Shown: positions 37,189 through 49,819, counted from the first letter of the stretch. The stretch is 64,000 nt of DNA from Octopus vulgaris (GCA_951406725.2 OX597839.1:35588001-35652000), one strand, 5' to 3'. The notes: generated by a model not told the origin, from the letters alone. Translations and numbers: made by a program.

Positions 37189-40100
37189 TTATTGAAGTCC
37201 AAGAATAATTTTTCTTGTACAATTTTCTTTTTACACCTTTACAATCAGGGTTTTGTTCTGTTTCATTTGGCTTATTTTCAGCAGGGATTTGAACCTCTGA
37301 CACTTTCTCTTTTTCTTCTTGCTGTACCAATCTTGCAATGGCTGCTTCTTTCTGAAGATCCTCCATAGAAAGATTTCCTTTTTTCTGTCGTTGGTTCCGA
37401 GCTGAACATAAATTTACATAATGATTACAAAGGCTTTTCGGATAAGTGAACAGCTTGCTGCAGTAGTGACATTTATGTTGGGGTTTTGATTTTACTGGGG
37501 GAGCAGGGGCAGTACCTTCAAGTACTTTGAGGCTTTGAAGTTTGTCCTTATGCGAACAATTGGGGGCATGTCTCTCAAGTGAGGGCAGAGACTTGAACTT
37601 TATGTTACAACCCCGGCACTGATGTGTTTCAATCACCTCAACTGATTCTCTTCGCCTAACATGATTTTTAGGGTCATAAGACAAGTCAGGGCCACGACGT
37701 TTGCGGTTTTTGTCTGGGTCATCATCAATATAAGTGACCTTACTGTTCTCGCAGTCGGCCAACCTCCTTCGCGTTGTATTATTTTCTCGGAACATAGTTG
37801 GATCATATCCAGCAAAGTCTTTCAATCGGAATTTAAAAGTATTAGAACCATTCAACACATCGCGGAGCCGTTTCTTTAAGCGCTTCTTGTACTTCCTTTT
37901 GCCCATTTTAGAACTAGTGGTAGAAAGCATAGTGTCTAGATTAGAAGCACAACGTATTATATGTGAATGGAGACGAGAGACAGTCGGAAACAGATTACGA
38001 CATTTGGAGCATTTGTAGGTCTCTAAGGTTTTGGAGGCACTAAGGTCAATATTTGGAGAACAAAGGACGCCTTTGATGTTAGGAGTTGGGTAGTGCAAGG
38101 CGACTATGCTCTGGCCAAGTTCTACTTCCAGAAAGTTGCACTCAATACTGGGATGCCGATGCAGTTGGTGTCGCAGCAAAGAATCCAAATCTAAAAAATG
38201 TTTGTGGCACACTGAACAGATCAAATTCACAATTCCTTGCTTACCAAAAGCAATCTTTTCATAATTGAGTACTTCACAGTTCCAGCTCTGAAAGCAGACG
38301 CCACGGAAACAATTCTCTAAGTCCTTCAAGTTTTCACAAGGCAGAAGACCACTTTTAATAAAGGTGGAAATTTTTTCGGAATCACTGTAGTTTTTGTCAA
38401 TTACTTTCTCTAATCTAGTAGGAATGTCATATTTGGGATAATTAATAAAGTTAGAATCTTTGTTTTCACCATTCTCTACTTGGCTGGCACTGCTAACTTC
38501 AATAGGCCACATATGATTTTCTAACATAAACTTCTTATAATCTTCAACACGACTCTTAACGATATGCTGGATACTGAAATCTAAAAGATTTTGGTTCTTT
38601 TTAGATTTTTTAACAGAACTCGAAGATTTCAAAGAAAATGCTTTCTGTGGCTCTTCATGGCGAACATTGGAACTGCTTTTAACTTTTGATATTTCATTTT
38701 CGTTACCAAACTCCAAAACCAGATGACCCCTCTCATGAATGTGGGCGGTCATCATGTGTGGTCCACTAAAGAGGACATCTTTCTGGCCACATTTAAGGAC
38801 TCGGTTAACTTTGGTTGCTTCGCTGTCAAAGGCAGGCGTCACTATGGAAACCTTACCCACTTCAGAATTCTTAAGCAGGGTGGAAGACTGGCTGCAATTA
38901 TGCAGACACGATTGCTGTTGTAATCCATTTGGCTTCTTGTCATCGTTCTTTGAGGTTGACTGAAGACAAGGCCCCTCATCTTCTGGCAGAACAGTTGCAT
39001 AGACTTCATTAGAATTTGCACCACATGTTTTCAATGAGTCTGGATTTGTAAGATCCTGATTTGAGGAAGCCGTGTGGCACAATGTGTTGGGACATGTAGG
39101 ATATTTATGTACTACAGAGGCACTTGGAAAATGAACCTGTTTTGGAACCGAATCTAAAACAAACTCTTGTGTTTCTTGTACACCAGCATGGCTATTATTG
39201 CTGCCATCATTGGAAAGGTCTCCTGATGAAACGGTTTGTTTTTCTGTATCTTCTTTTGAAAGTGATGGTTCTGGTATGGCAGAAGAATAAGAAAAAGTGG
39301 GAGGACTCAATGTAGGAACAGACGTAGTAATTACTGGTACAGGGTTCTGGGAAGCATCACATGTTGCTAGAAATCCTGGACAAACTTCTGACTTACAACT
39401 AGAATCAAGACACGGAACTGAGGCTGAAGAAAGAGGAGGGTAGATAGGATTATCACAGATATTCTCAGTATTTGCAGTCCCCTCATTTACTGGATGCAAA
39501 CTGGGTGCATTATTCACAAGATCAAGGCCACAATGGGACAAGAAGTGGTTTTTAACGACATTTGTAACAGGTAACGATGTGGTAGGAGTAGCTAAAGTCA
39601 ATGTTTGTTGATCACAGGGTGAGCTATTGTCCGTCAGATTTGAATCAGCCTCCGGATTATTTGAAGAATGAGAACCCAACTGGCAAGTTGATTCGCAAGT
39701 TGATTCATTTGGATTTTCCACTGAGGTTTTCGGAGAACATTCCTGAGAATTTAAATGCTTTAGAGAAGGCGATTCTTCACTTTTTGTACATATGCAAATT
39801 TCATTTTCAGTCTTGAAAGAGGAAGGGAAATTATATTCAGACCAAATAGCATCTGACTCTTGTTTTAAATATTCTGGATCATGTTCTAACAAAGACGTAT
39901 AGCCTTTGACTTTTACATATTTACTAAAATCCGAGAAGGAATCGACACGGCCGTCGATATAACAACAAAGATTCCGTGCGACGTTTTCGGCGACATCCTT
40001 GGGTTCAAGGAACGGGGCCTCAAAGTCACCTGGAAGCAACTCGTTTTCAAAATCAGTTTGTTCTATGTCATAAAACGCAGAATTTTTATCACTGACATTG

Positions 40101-41055
40101 ACCTTAGAATGAGCAGAACGTCTGTGTTTGCACATCTGCACGTAAGACCTGAACTTGCGTTTACAAACAGTGCAGATGTATTTGAATTTGCACTTTTTTT
40201 TCGAGGTCTGTTTTGAGGGTTTCGCAGTTATGTTTTCTTTGGAAGGGTTCGCCTGGCTTTCCGTTCCAGGCTCTTGTTTTATGTTTTGGGAAGTGGATTC
40301 TTTTTGATTGTTCGCTGCTTTTCGGTTCTGGTTCGCCTTGCGCTTCATAGCACCGTTGTGCATACACACAATGTGTTTCATGAGGAATGATGAGCAAGAG
40401 AAAACTTTGCCACAGATTTGACACTGCAGGTCGTCGACCACCGGTTCCGGCTCCGCTTTCGTAGACGTCCTGGACGTAGATTGGACAGACGCTGATTTAA
40501 TACTGTGACCAGAACTGCTACTACTACTATTACTGCTACTACTACTACTACCACCACCACCACCACCACTACTGCTGTTATTGTTACTACTGCTCTCGAT
40601 GGTGGTGGCCACGTCACTGCTGTTGTTGTTGTTGTCGTTAGTGCTGCTGCTGCTAGAGTTGCTTGATGTAGTTTTGGCCTGATTGCTGTTGGTGGATTTC
40701 ACAGGGGTGACGCTGGCAGCGGGGGTGGTGGTGCTGCTACAGGGAGTAGTAGTTGTAGTAGATGTAGACATGGTAGTAGCAGCTGTAGTGATAGTAGCAG
40801 TGTTTGTAAGGGTGGTGGTATCAACAGTGGTAACAGAAATAGTAGTAGTGGTGGTGGTGGTAGCGGACGTGGGGACAGGCGTGCTGTTGTTCTTATTGGT
40901 CTTGTTCTTGTTGCTGCTGCTGTTGTTGTTGTTGCTACTCGTGCTGACAACCTTATTCTTGTTCTTGTTGTGTACGTGGATGCGAACGTGTTGCTTCTTG
41001 CTGATTAGAGTCGGAAACGACCGCTGACAATATTCGCACTGGAAGGGCAAGTTTC
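37172..41055 (-). CDS. Zinc-finger gene, giant last exon, 5' part (4 C2H2 + 3 C2HC fingers; PRDM2/RIZ-like fingers, no SET domain)
   Basis: Acceptor cttatttcag|GAAAC; ORF of ~1295 codons. Fingers: CEYC, CQIC, CTVC, CSVC..HQLHRH, CSKC..HIIRC, CRGC..HAPNC, CHYC..HYVNLC. Contains poly-S/T/N/G tracts. Ends in TGA just after an A7 run. The PRDM2 resemblance is from memory, not from a search. Confidence 0.88.
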
Positions 41056-41114
41056 CTGAAATAAGCAAGAGAAAGAAAAAAAAAATAATAACAAAATAGC
41101 AAAAAAATTATATA

Positions 41115-41512
41115 CTCTTTCTCTTTTACTTGTTTCAGTCATTTGACTGCGGCCATGCTGGAGCACCACCTTTTAGTCGAGCAAATCGACCCCGGGACTT
41201 ATTCTTTTGTAAGCCCAGTACTTATTCTATCGGTCTCTTTTTGCCGAACCGCTAAGTGACGGGGACGTAAACACACCAGCATCGGTTGTCAAGCAATGCT
41301 AGGGGGACAAACACAGACACACATATATATATCTACATACATATATACGACAGGCTTCTTTCAGTTTCCGTCTACCAAATCCACTCACAAAGCTTTGGTC
41401 GGCCCGGGGCTATAGCAGAAGACACTTGCCCAAGATGCCACGCAGTGGGACTGAACCCGGAACCATGTGGTTGGTTAGCAAGCTACTTTACCACACAGCC
41501 ACTCCTACGCCT
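41115..41512 (-). mobile_element. SINE family A
   Basis: Full-length copy ending about 60 bp before the giant-exon acceptor. Confidence 0.85.
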
Positions 41513-41517
41513 ATATA

Positions 41518-42815
41518 CATCATCATCATTGTTGTTTAACGTCCACTTTCCATGCTAGCATGGGTTGGACGATTTTGACTGAGGGCTGGTGAACCAGATG
41601 GCTGCACCAGGCTCCAATCTTGATCTGGCAGAGTTTCTACAGCTGGATGCCCTTCCTAACGCCAACCACTCCAAGAGCATAGTGGGTGCATTTTACGTGC
41701 CACCGGCACGGGGGCCAGTCAGGTGATACTGGCAACAACCGCGCCGCTTGAATCCTTTTACACATGCCACCAGCACAGGTGCCAGTAAGGTGACCTAAAA
41801 ATTATATAGGAGTGAATGTTTGTGTATGTGTGTGTGTACATGTGTGAGGCTTAACGTTTGAAAGGTGCTTTTTATGTGCCACTAGCATTAGCCATGACCA
41901 CAATTTCACTTGGCTTGACAGGTCTTCTCAAGCACAGCATATTGCCAAAGGTTTTGGTCACTAGTCATTACCTCTGTGAGGTCCAAAGTTTGAAGATCAT
42001 GCTTCACCAGCTCATCCCATGTCTTCCTGGGTTCCCTCCACAGTTAGAGATCAACACTTCTTTACACAGCTGTCCTCACCCATATGAATCACATGACCAT
42101 ACCAGTGCAGTCATCTCTCTTGCACACCATATTTGATGCCCCTTATGCCCAACTTTTTTCTGAAGACACTTACACTCTGTCAAACATGCACACTGACATT
42201 GCACATCCAGCAAAGCATACTGGCTTCATTTCTTTCAAGCCTACAAATGTCCTCGACTATCACAGCCCATGTTTCACTTCTGTGTAGCATAGCTGTTTGC
42301 ACACAGGCATCATACAATCTGCCTTTCACTCTGAGAGAGAGGCCCTTTGCTGCCAACAGGGGAAGGAGCTCTCTGAACTTTTCCCAGGCTAATCTTATTC
42401 TCACAGCTATGCTCTTGGAGCACCCACCTCAGCCACTAACTTGGTCACTTAGATAACGGAAGCTTTCTACTACCTCTAACTTACCCTACTCCCCGGCATA
42501 TGATGGAATCTATTTTCTGTACATTTTTAGTGTTTATTGTACATGTGCATCTTCCACACACAAAAGCTATTTTCCCTGTTAACCTTCCTTTGATATTGCT
42601 GCGCCTCTTATGTGTCCAAAGCTTACAGTGGGTGCATCCTATGGAGTTTCTACCTATGCCTTTTCTAGAAGTAAAACAGGGTCATCTACCTGTAGGGATT
42701 TGTGATTTGTTTGCCTTCCTATTTATTAAGACTTTGGTTTTTGCTAGATTAACTCTAAGGCCCTTCGATTCTAGACCTTGCTTCCATACCTGGAACTTCT
42801 CTAGTTCTGGTAGTG
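41518..42815 (-). mobile_element. 5'-truncated RTE-clade LINE (second family) in a zinc-finger gene intron
   Basis: Fragments LESKGLRVNLAKTK and RIRLAWEKFRELLPLL..GRLYDACV..SETWA, then a 3' UTR ending in (GAT)n. Confidence 0.85.
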
Positions 42816-42824
42816 ATTCAGCTA

Positions 42825-43123
42825 CATACACACACACACACACTCTCTCGCTCACACACACAGACACACACACTCTCTCTCTCTAACACACACACTCTCT
42901 CTCTCACTCACACACACTCTCTCTCTCCCTCTCTCACACACACACACTCTCTCTCTCTCACACACACTTTCTCTCTCTCTCTCACACACACTCTCTCTCT
43001 CTCACACACACTCTCTCTCTCTCACTCACTCACACACACTCTCTCTCCCTCTCTCACACACACTCTCTCTCTCACACACACTCTCTCTCTCACACACACA
43101 CTCTCTCTCCTCTCTCACACACT

Positions 43124-43155
<32 letters not shown>

Positions 43156-43320
43156 CACAGACACACACTTTCTCTCTCTCTCTCACACACACACTCTCTC
43201 TCACACACACACACTCTCTCTCACAGACACACACTTTCTCTCTCTCTCTCTCACAGACACACACACTCTCTCTCTCTCTCTCTCTCACAGACACACACTC
43301 TCTCTCTCATACACAAACAT
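42825..43320. repeat. Compound (CA)n/(CT)n microsatellite
   Basis: Seen directly in the sequence. Confidence 0.95.
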
Positions 43321-43351
43321 ACAACCAAGTGAACAAGTGAACAGAACTTAC

Positions 43352-44200
43352 CAGAATGGACAGCCTGGTGCCGTATCAAGTTCTGTTTGTAGGTGAACTT
43401 CATACCACAAATTTCACACGCAAGCTGAGCCTTAACAGGAGCCATAGGCGCTACAGTCGGTGGAGCAGTCATGTGGTTATGCGTGTGTTCTACAAGATCT
43501 TCTTTATAGTCAAAGAGTTCGCTGCAAAGGCTGCACCGATACAGTTCTGATTGACTCACACTTTTTGATACAAAGTTAGCCTGCATCGAGACGCGAGGGC
43601 TACCAGCTGCAGCACAGTTGCTCTTCAGGCGCTTGCCCGATGCATGACGCCTAGCAATCAAGTCTTGCTGGGCAACATTGATCATGCAGTTTGAAATGTC
43701 AGCCTCCGATAAATACTTAACGTTTATATGGTTCCGAAGAAAGTGGCGCTTCAGACTGAAAGCATAACGATAAACACCTTTGCACACCTCGCATCCATAT
43801 AATTTGGTACCTTTCTCTTCTGTGATATGACATGATTGTGTCTCAAAATAATAGTAGAACTTTTCATCATCGTTGGATTTCTCCTGTTTGTTCTCTGCGG
43901 ACGATGGTGGCATTTTGCTGGTTTTGTTGTTCTCTGTGACTCTGCTACCCAACCAATGTTGTCTGTCGGAATTCTTCTTCTCAGATGAGAGCCTCCTGGA
44001 GGATGTCGAAGTGCTGCGGGAAGGTGTGTTCTTTGAGGTTTGGGAATTATAAGATTTGTCTCTTTTGGTTTTCTTGAATTTCTTTGTGACACTTTCTTGT
44101 TTCGCATCCGACAGCGACCTCTTGGCATAAACTGAATTCACGTTTCTCTCCAATTTTCTCCGAAGTCCTCTTTTCTTTTCTGTATTTTCAGAGGAAACAT
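43352..44200 (-). CDS. Zinc-finger gene, second coding exon (three C2H2 fingers)
   Basis: Acceptor tttactttgatctag| and donor TCTG|gtaagt; 849 nt, phase 1-1. Encodes CEVC..HFLRNH, CSLC..HTHNH and CEIC..HQAVH. Splicing to the next exon gives the linker HSGNLPFQC. Confidence 0.9.
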
Positions 44201-44258
44201 CTAGATCAAAGTAAAAAAAGGAAACTAAATATAAAGTTAAATAACATTCACTTGTTAA

Positions 44259-44711
44259 CCCTTTCGTTACTGTATTTATTTTGAGATGCTCTGTGTTTCT
44301 TTCAATTACTTTAAATATAACAAAGAATTTAGTAAAATAACTTAGTTATCACGTTTAAATATTTGTTGTGCAAGATTTTTTTATGTGAAGTCGTGTGTTG
44401 AAACAGATATTGTTATATTTCGGAATGGTCATTTTGCCAGTTTAGCCAATTATATAAGATTAAGATTAATGTAAAAAATAAATAACACTGAAGCAAAGTA
44501 ACACCAAATATATAGTGCGTGTGTTTTTATTGGCTAAACTGGCAAAATGACCATTCCTAAAAACAACAATAACTTAGTTATCATTCAGCTTGTATTAGGA
44601 ACATAAATTGTGACTAAGGTTTGGTGGAAGATTTTAATTGAAACCTTAAGAAAACAAGACATTTGTACAACAGAGCCAGAGTCGGTTTCAGCCGGGTTGG
44701 TAACAAAAGGG
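44259..44711. mobile_element. piggyBac-like MITE with a nested fold-back insert
   Basis: Ends TTAA|CCCTTTCGTTAC..GTAACAAAAGGG|TTAA. Insert 44352-44567 lies between 16-bp direct repeats AATAACTTAGTTATCA. Confidence 0.72.
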
Positions 44712-45042
44712 TTAAAGTTATCTTTACAGATTCCAATAGAAATTGTAGCCAGCATTGATTTATTACAACATTCGGGATCTTTACCTTTTGATCGACAGAT
44801 TTAAGAAATAATTTTTTGTAACTAAACACTTTCAAACTTCAGACACTGGTAGAATGTGTCACATAAAACATCTTTTACTCTTGGTGTTGTTGAGAAAATC
44901 CTGTATTTTGGAAGTTACTTCTTGTTAAACTTGTCGTATTTCGGTAATTTCAGCCAATCAATGACTTGTATCTATCTGTCTATCGTTGTTTTCACCTCAA
45001 TCTCTCACAAAATACATAAGTAACCTAGACAACTTTCAGATA

Positions 45043-46803
45043 CTCTTTTACTTGTTTCAGTCATGTGACTGTGGCCATGCTGGAGCACCGCCTTTAGTCG
45101 ATCAAACTGACCCCAGGTCTTATTCTCTGTAAACCCAGTACTTATTTTATCGGTCTCTTTTTGCCGAACCGCTAAGTTACGGGGACGTAAACACACCAGC
45201 ATCGGTTGTCAAGCGATGTTGGGGAGACAAACACAGACACACAAACACACATATATATATATATGACGGGCTTCTTTCAGTTTCCGTCTACCAAATCCAC
45301 TCACAAGGCTTTGGTCAGCCCGAGGCTATAGTAGAAGACACTTGCCCAAGGTGCCACGCAGTGGGACTGAACCCGGAACCATGTGGTTCGTAAGCAAGCT
45401 ACTTACCACACTTATTTTTTATTCAATCATTTCAGAGGAAAATACTTGAACGATTATTTTCTTACAGTCATTCAAAAATTAACTGTTATTACTGAACAGT
45501 TTGTAATGAATGAAGGACTTATGCCAGAGAATCTCACAGACATTCCAATAATAAAAATGTTAAAATTCATTAAACAATATCTGTATAGGCGCAGGAGTGG
45601 CTGTGTGGTAAGTAGCTTGCTAACCAACCACATGGTTCCAGGTTCAGTCCCACTGCGTGGCATCTTGGGCAAGTGTCTTCTGCTATAGCCCCGGGCCGAC
45701 TAAAGCCTTGTGAGTGGATTTGGTAGACGGAAACTGAAAGAAGCCTGTCATATATATGTATATATATATGTATATGCGTGTGTTTGTGTGTCTGTGTTTG
45801 TCTCCCTAGCATTGCTTGACAACCGATGCTGGTGTGTCTACGTCCCCGTCACTTAGCGGTTCGGCAAAAGAGACCGATAGAATAAGTACTGGGCTTACAA
45901 AGAATAAGTTCCGGGGTCGATTTGCTCGACTAAAGGCGGTGCTCCAGCATGGCCGCAGTCAAATGACTGAAACAAATAAAAGAGTAAAGAGTATACACAA
46001 ACTGTGTCGAAATTTCATGTCTGTGGTTTGTTGTATATAACGTAAGGAGAACTAAAAATAGCTAAAAACAAATATTTATTTTAATCTAACATAAAACAAT
46101 GGGTCACACACAACTAGAAATAATTCCTGTCGTGTCAGATTTGAGTTAGATGTAAGAAAGACACAGAGTAAAACAAATTTTTGATCAGTTTTTAAGTAAC
46201 AAACATGGTGGGAAGTTATAGTCAAGGGAGGTAATAAGGTGACATTTGCAGTTGTAACGCCATATTCCCGGTTGTTACCAAGAAATATCAGACAGTGACT
46301 AAGTTTACCTGAGAGTGAAAACGATTGCGTATTGTAACCATGATAAAGTAAAGACCATATAAGGCTAGGGGATTCACTCAAAAGTTTATAAAATCAAAGA
46401 AGTTATCATACCCCCTTTGTAACTCCCTAAATCATTTATAAACCTATGAAAATCATATGATTCTCTGCTACTCTTTTACTTGTTTCAGTCATTTGACTGC
46501 GGCCATGCTGGAGCACCGCCTTTAGTCGAGCAAATCGACCCCAGGACTTATTCTTTGTAAGCCCAGTACTTATTCTATCGGTCTCTTTTTGTCGAACCGC
46601 TAAGTGACGGGGACGTAAACACACCAGCATCGGTTGTCAAGCAATGCTAGGGGGACAAACACAGACACACACATATATATATACATATATACGACGGGCT
46701 TCTTTCAGTTTCCGTCTACCAAATTCACTCACAAGGCATTGGTTGGCCCAGGGCTATAGCAGAAGACACTTGCCCAAGCTACTTACCACACGGCCGCTCC
46801 TGC
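45043..46803. mobile_element. Three family-A SINEs in alternating orientation (- 45043-45411, + 45587-45990, - 46470-46803)
   Basis: Consensus matches on both strands within intron 44201-47799. Confidence 0.85.
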
Positions 46804-47184
46804 TACATTAACTTTTTCCCCTTGAATGCATAATGCCGTTGAAATAATTTTGAATGCAAAATAGTAATGGAGGTTAAAAGAAGTTTTCTGTTTCAACAAT
46901 GATTTTCACGAGACAGATGGATGAAAAAAACAGAGAGTGTAAAAAATAGAACAGTGTTTTCTGGCATTCAAATCAAATTTCCCAAACCAAGATGTACAGT
47001 AAAAAACGGTAGGTCAACTCAGACAAATAGCATTCTGTTTTGGTTCCAGTCGATCCAATCAATTGAACAGCCTGCTCGTGAAATTAAGTGGTCAAGCACT
47101 TCACAGACATGTGTAACCCTTAATGTAGTTTTCAGGGAGATTCAGTGTGACACAGATGGTGACAAGGCTGGTCCTTTGAGCGCC

Positions 47185-47507
47185 GCCCCGACTGGTCTCC
47201 GTGTCGGTGGCATGTAAAATGCACCATCTGATTGTGGCCTTTGCCAGCCTCGTCTGGCACCTGTGCTGGTGGCACGGTAAAAAGCACCATACGATCGTGG
47301 CCGTTTGCCAGCCTCGTCTGGCACCTGTGCAGGTGTCACGTAAAAAGCACCCACTACACTCACGGAGTGGCTGGCATTAGGAAGGGCATTCAGCCGTAGA
47401 AACACTGCCAGATCAGACTGGGCCTGGCGCAGCCATCTGGCTTCCCAGACCCCAGTTGAACTGTCCAACCCATGCTAGCATGGAAAGCAGACGCTAAACA
47501 ATGATGA
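47185..47507 (+). mobile_element. RTE-family 3' UTR fragment inserted into a SINE
   Basis: Homologous tail with ~60-bp subrepeats. Flanked by the two halves of a minus-strand family-D SINE (47040-47180 and 47510-47645). Confidence 0.7.
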
Positions 47508-47799
47508 ACTCATTTTTTGCCAGGTGAGTGGACTGGAGCAATGTGAAAGAGTCTTGCTGAAGGACACAATGTGTTGCCGAGAATTGAACTGCTGACCTTA
47601 CAATTGTGAGCTGAAAACCCTAACCAATAAGCCATGCGCCTTCACTGAACTCATAAGGAAACAACTTTGGAGGACCAAAAACTGCTTGTAAAATGCAGAA
47701 GTATTAAGGACGATAGAGGTGATGTTTACATGTTTATGCCATGTGCTACATTGAATTGTATGCAGGGAAATACAGTGAACAAAAGTGAAGAATAATTAC

Positions 47800-47905
47800 C
47801 TGAGACAGAAACAGCCTTCGATGGTTTTGAAAGGATTCCATGGAGTATTTTAGCACTTTTATCTTTGGTTGTGTCAGCGGAGACTGATGACGTACTAGTG
47901 GCCAT
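47800..47905 (-). CDS. Zinc-finger gene, first coding exon (MATSTSSVSADTTKDKSAKILHGILSKPSKAVSVS)
   Basis: Exon 47800-47951 has acceptor ttttgcag| and donor TCAG|gtaatt. The ATG at 47905 is in GCGGCCATGG context with an in-frame TAG upstream. It ends in phase 1, and G|AT joins the next exon in frame. Confidence 0.75.
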
Positions 47906-48104
47906 GGCCGCTGAATAAAGTCCAGAACCAGTTTCAAACTAAAATCTCCATCTGCAAAAGTCATCAGAAAATATTTAAGTTAAATAGATTCTCGGAAACA
48001 TGGAAATACAGGATATATAGAGACAGGCACAATGTTTTTATCCACAGAAAAAAAAAAAAACGTTTGAAAATAAAATCAAAATCAATGATAAAGATTATTT
48101 TCAA

Positions 48105-48412
48105 TGGAACATAAAAAGCACCATCCGAACGTGGCCGATGCCAGCGCTGCCTTGACTGGCTTCCGTGCCGGTGGCACATAAAAAGCACCAACTGATCGTG
48201 GCCGATGCCAGACTCCCCTGGCACCTGTGCCGGTGGCACGTAAAAAGCACCCACTACACTCGCGGAGTGGTTGGCGTTAGGAAGGGCATCCAGCTGTAGA
48301 AACACTGCCAGATCAGACTGGAGCCTGGTGCAGCCCCTGGCTTCCCAGACCCCGGTCGAACCGTCCAACCCGTGCTAGTGCGGAAAACGGACATTAAACG
48401 ATGATGATGATT
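48105..48412 (+). mobile_element. RTE-family 3' UTR fragment
   Basis: Homologous tail ending ACGATGATGATG. Confidence 0.75.
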
Positions 48413-48516
48413 ATTTTTGTGTCTCAGATTTATGGGTGTAGGTGTTACTCCATGGTCAAGAAGATTACTTCCTAACCACATAGGTCTGGTTTTAGTTCTA
48501 TTTTGTGGCATCTTCT

Positions 48517-48747
48517 TATTTCTTTATTGCCCACAAGGGGCTAAACATAGAGGGAACAAACAAGGACAGACAAAGGGATTAAGTCGATTACATCAACCCC
48601 AGAGCGTAACTGCTACTTATTTAATCAAACCCAAAATGATGAAAGGCAAAGTCGACCTTGGCAGAATTTGAACTCAGAACGTAATGGCAGACAAAATACC
48701 GCTAAGCATTTTGCTCGGCGCGCTAACGTTTCTGCCAGCTCTCCGCC
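48517..48747 (-). mobile_element. SINE family B nested in a diverged family-A SINE (48436-49075)
   Basis: 15-bp TSD TTTGTGGCATCTTCT at 48502-48516 and 48748-48762. Head GGCGGAGAGCTGGCAGAAACGTTAGC; central GCCTTTCATC..GATTAAATAAGTA (Meta/MESC-like domain, from memory). Confidence 0.85.
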
Positions 48748-48962
48748 TTTGTGGCATCTTCTATTATAGCCCCAGGCCAACCAAAACCTTCTGGGTGTAT
48801 TTGCTAGATGTAAACTGAAAGAAGCCCATTGTGTATGTCGGCATTTGTATATGTATGTGTGTGTGTGTTTACCTTCCCCTCTGCTTGGTAACCTGTGTTG
48901 GTTTGTTTATGTTTCCATAACTTAGCAGTTCAGTAAGAGACTGTATGTACTAGACACAAAAA

Positions 48963-48999
<37 letters not shown>

Positions 49000-49600
49000 T
49001 CCTGGGGTCAATTTGCTCGACTAAAGGCGGTGCCCCAGCATGGCCACAGGCAAATGACTGAAACAAGCAAAAGAATATCAACCACCCCATCCCTATTTAA
49101 TATCATTTTCATCATTGTTCAGCCTCGTCCTTGTTTTATTCAACCCTCATAAACAAGCTCCCAACACCCTGGCACCATTTATCCTCTGTTTATCCCCATC
49201 TCCCTGTTACTTATCCCCTCATCTCTCTCCTCACTACCGTATTATTCTCCTGCTGCAAGTCAGTTAAATCAGAACCTCACCTGTAAACCACAAACCATTT
49301 CTATGCAGCCACATTCCATTCCCAGCTCCTCTGAGCTAATCTCAGTTTACATCCATCCATCCATCATTCTTATCATCATCCTCCACCCACGTCCCTATTG
49401 ATAGCCGCCTCTCACTCTCCCTCCATACTCATGTAACCCTAACCCCCACCCACTGGTTTACTCCTCTGATTCTGGTACAACTACACATTGTTTGCAAATA
49501 GCATGCCTCTAGCAAAGCACTAATTCCACCTTCTTTTACTTGTGTCAGTCATTGGATTGCAGCTTATTTTTATGCCCGGTACTTTGTATTGGTGTCTTAA

Positions 49601-49819
49601 CCCTTTAGTGTTCAGGTTATTCAATCAAACATAATGCCTATTGATTCACATTGATTTGAATTAATCATGCATTTTCTCATATCTTCAAGATCTTGATGGT
49701 GTAATTACTTAATGTAGAATAACATTGTAGGGTAGGTGTGAGAGCCTTGATCTGGTCAGTTTGAACATAAAACAGATTAACTATTTTGGCAGGATATGGC
49801 CGGTTTAAATACTAAAGGG
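49601..49819. mobile_element. piggyBac-like MITE
   Basis: Ends TTAA|CCCTTTAGT..ACTAAAGGG|TTAA. Confidence 0.7.

Noticed and set aside
37150-37240. Mini-intron bridging the frame break
   Set aside because: The donor (AAG|gtgtaa) is weak and the region is purine-rich with no pyrimidine tract before any AG.
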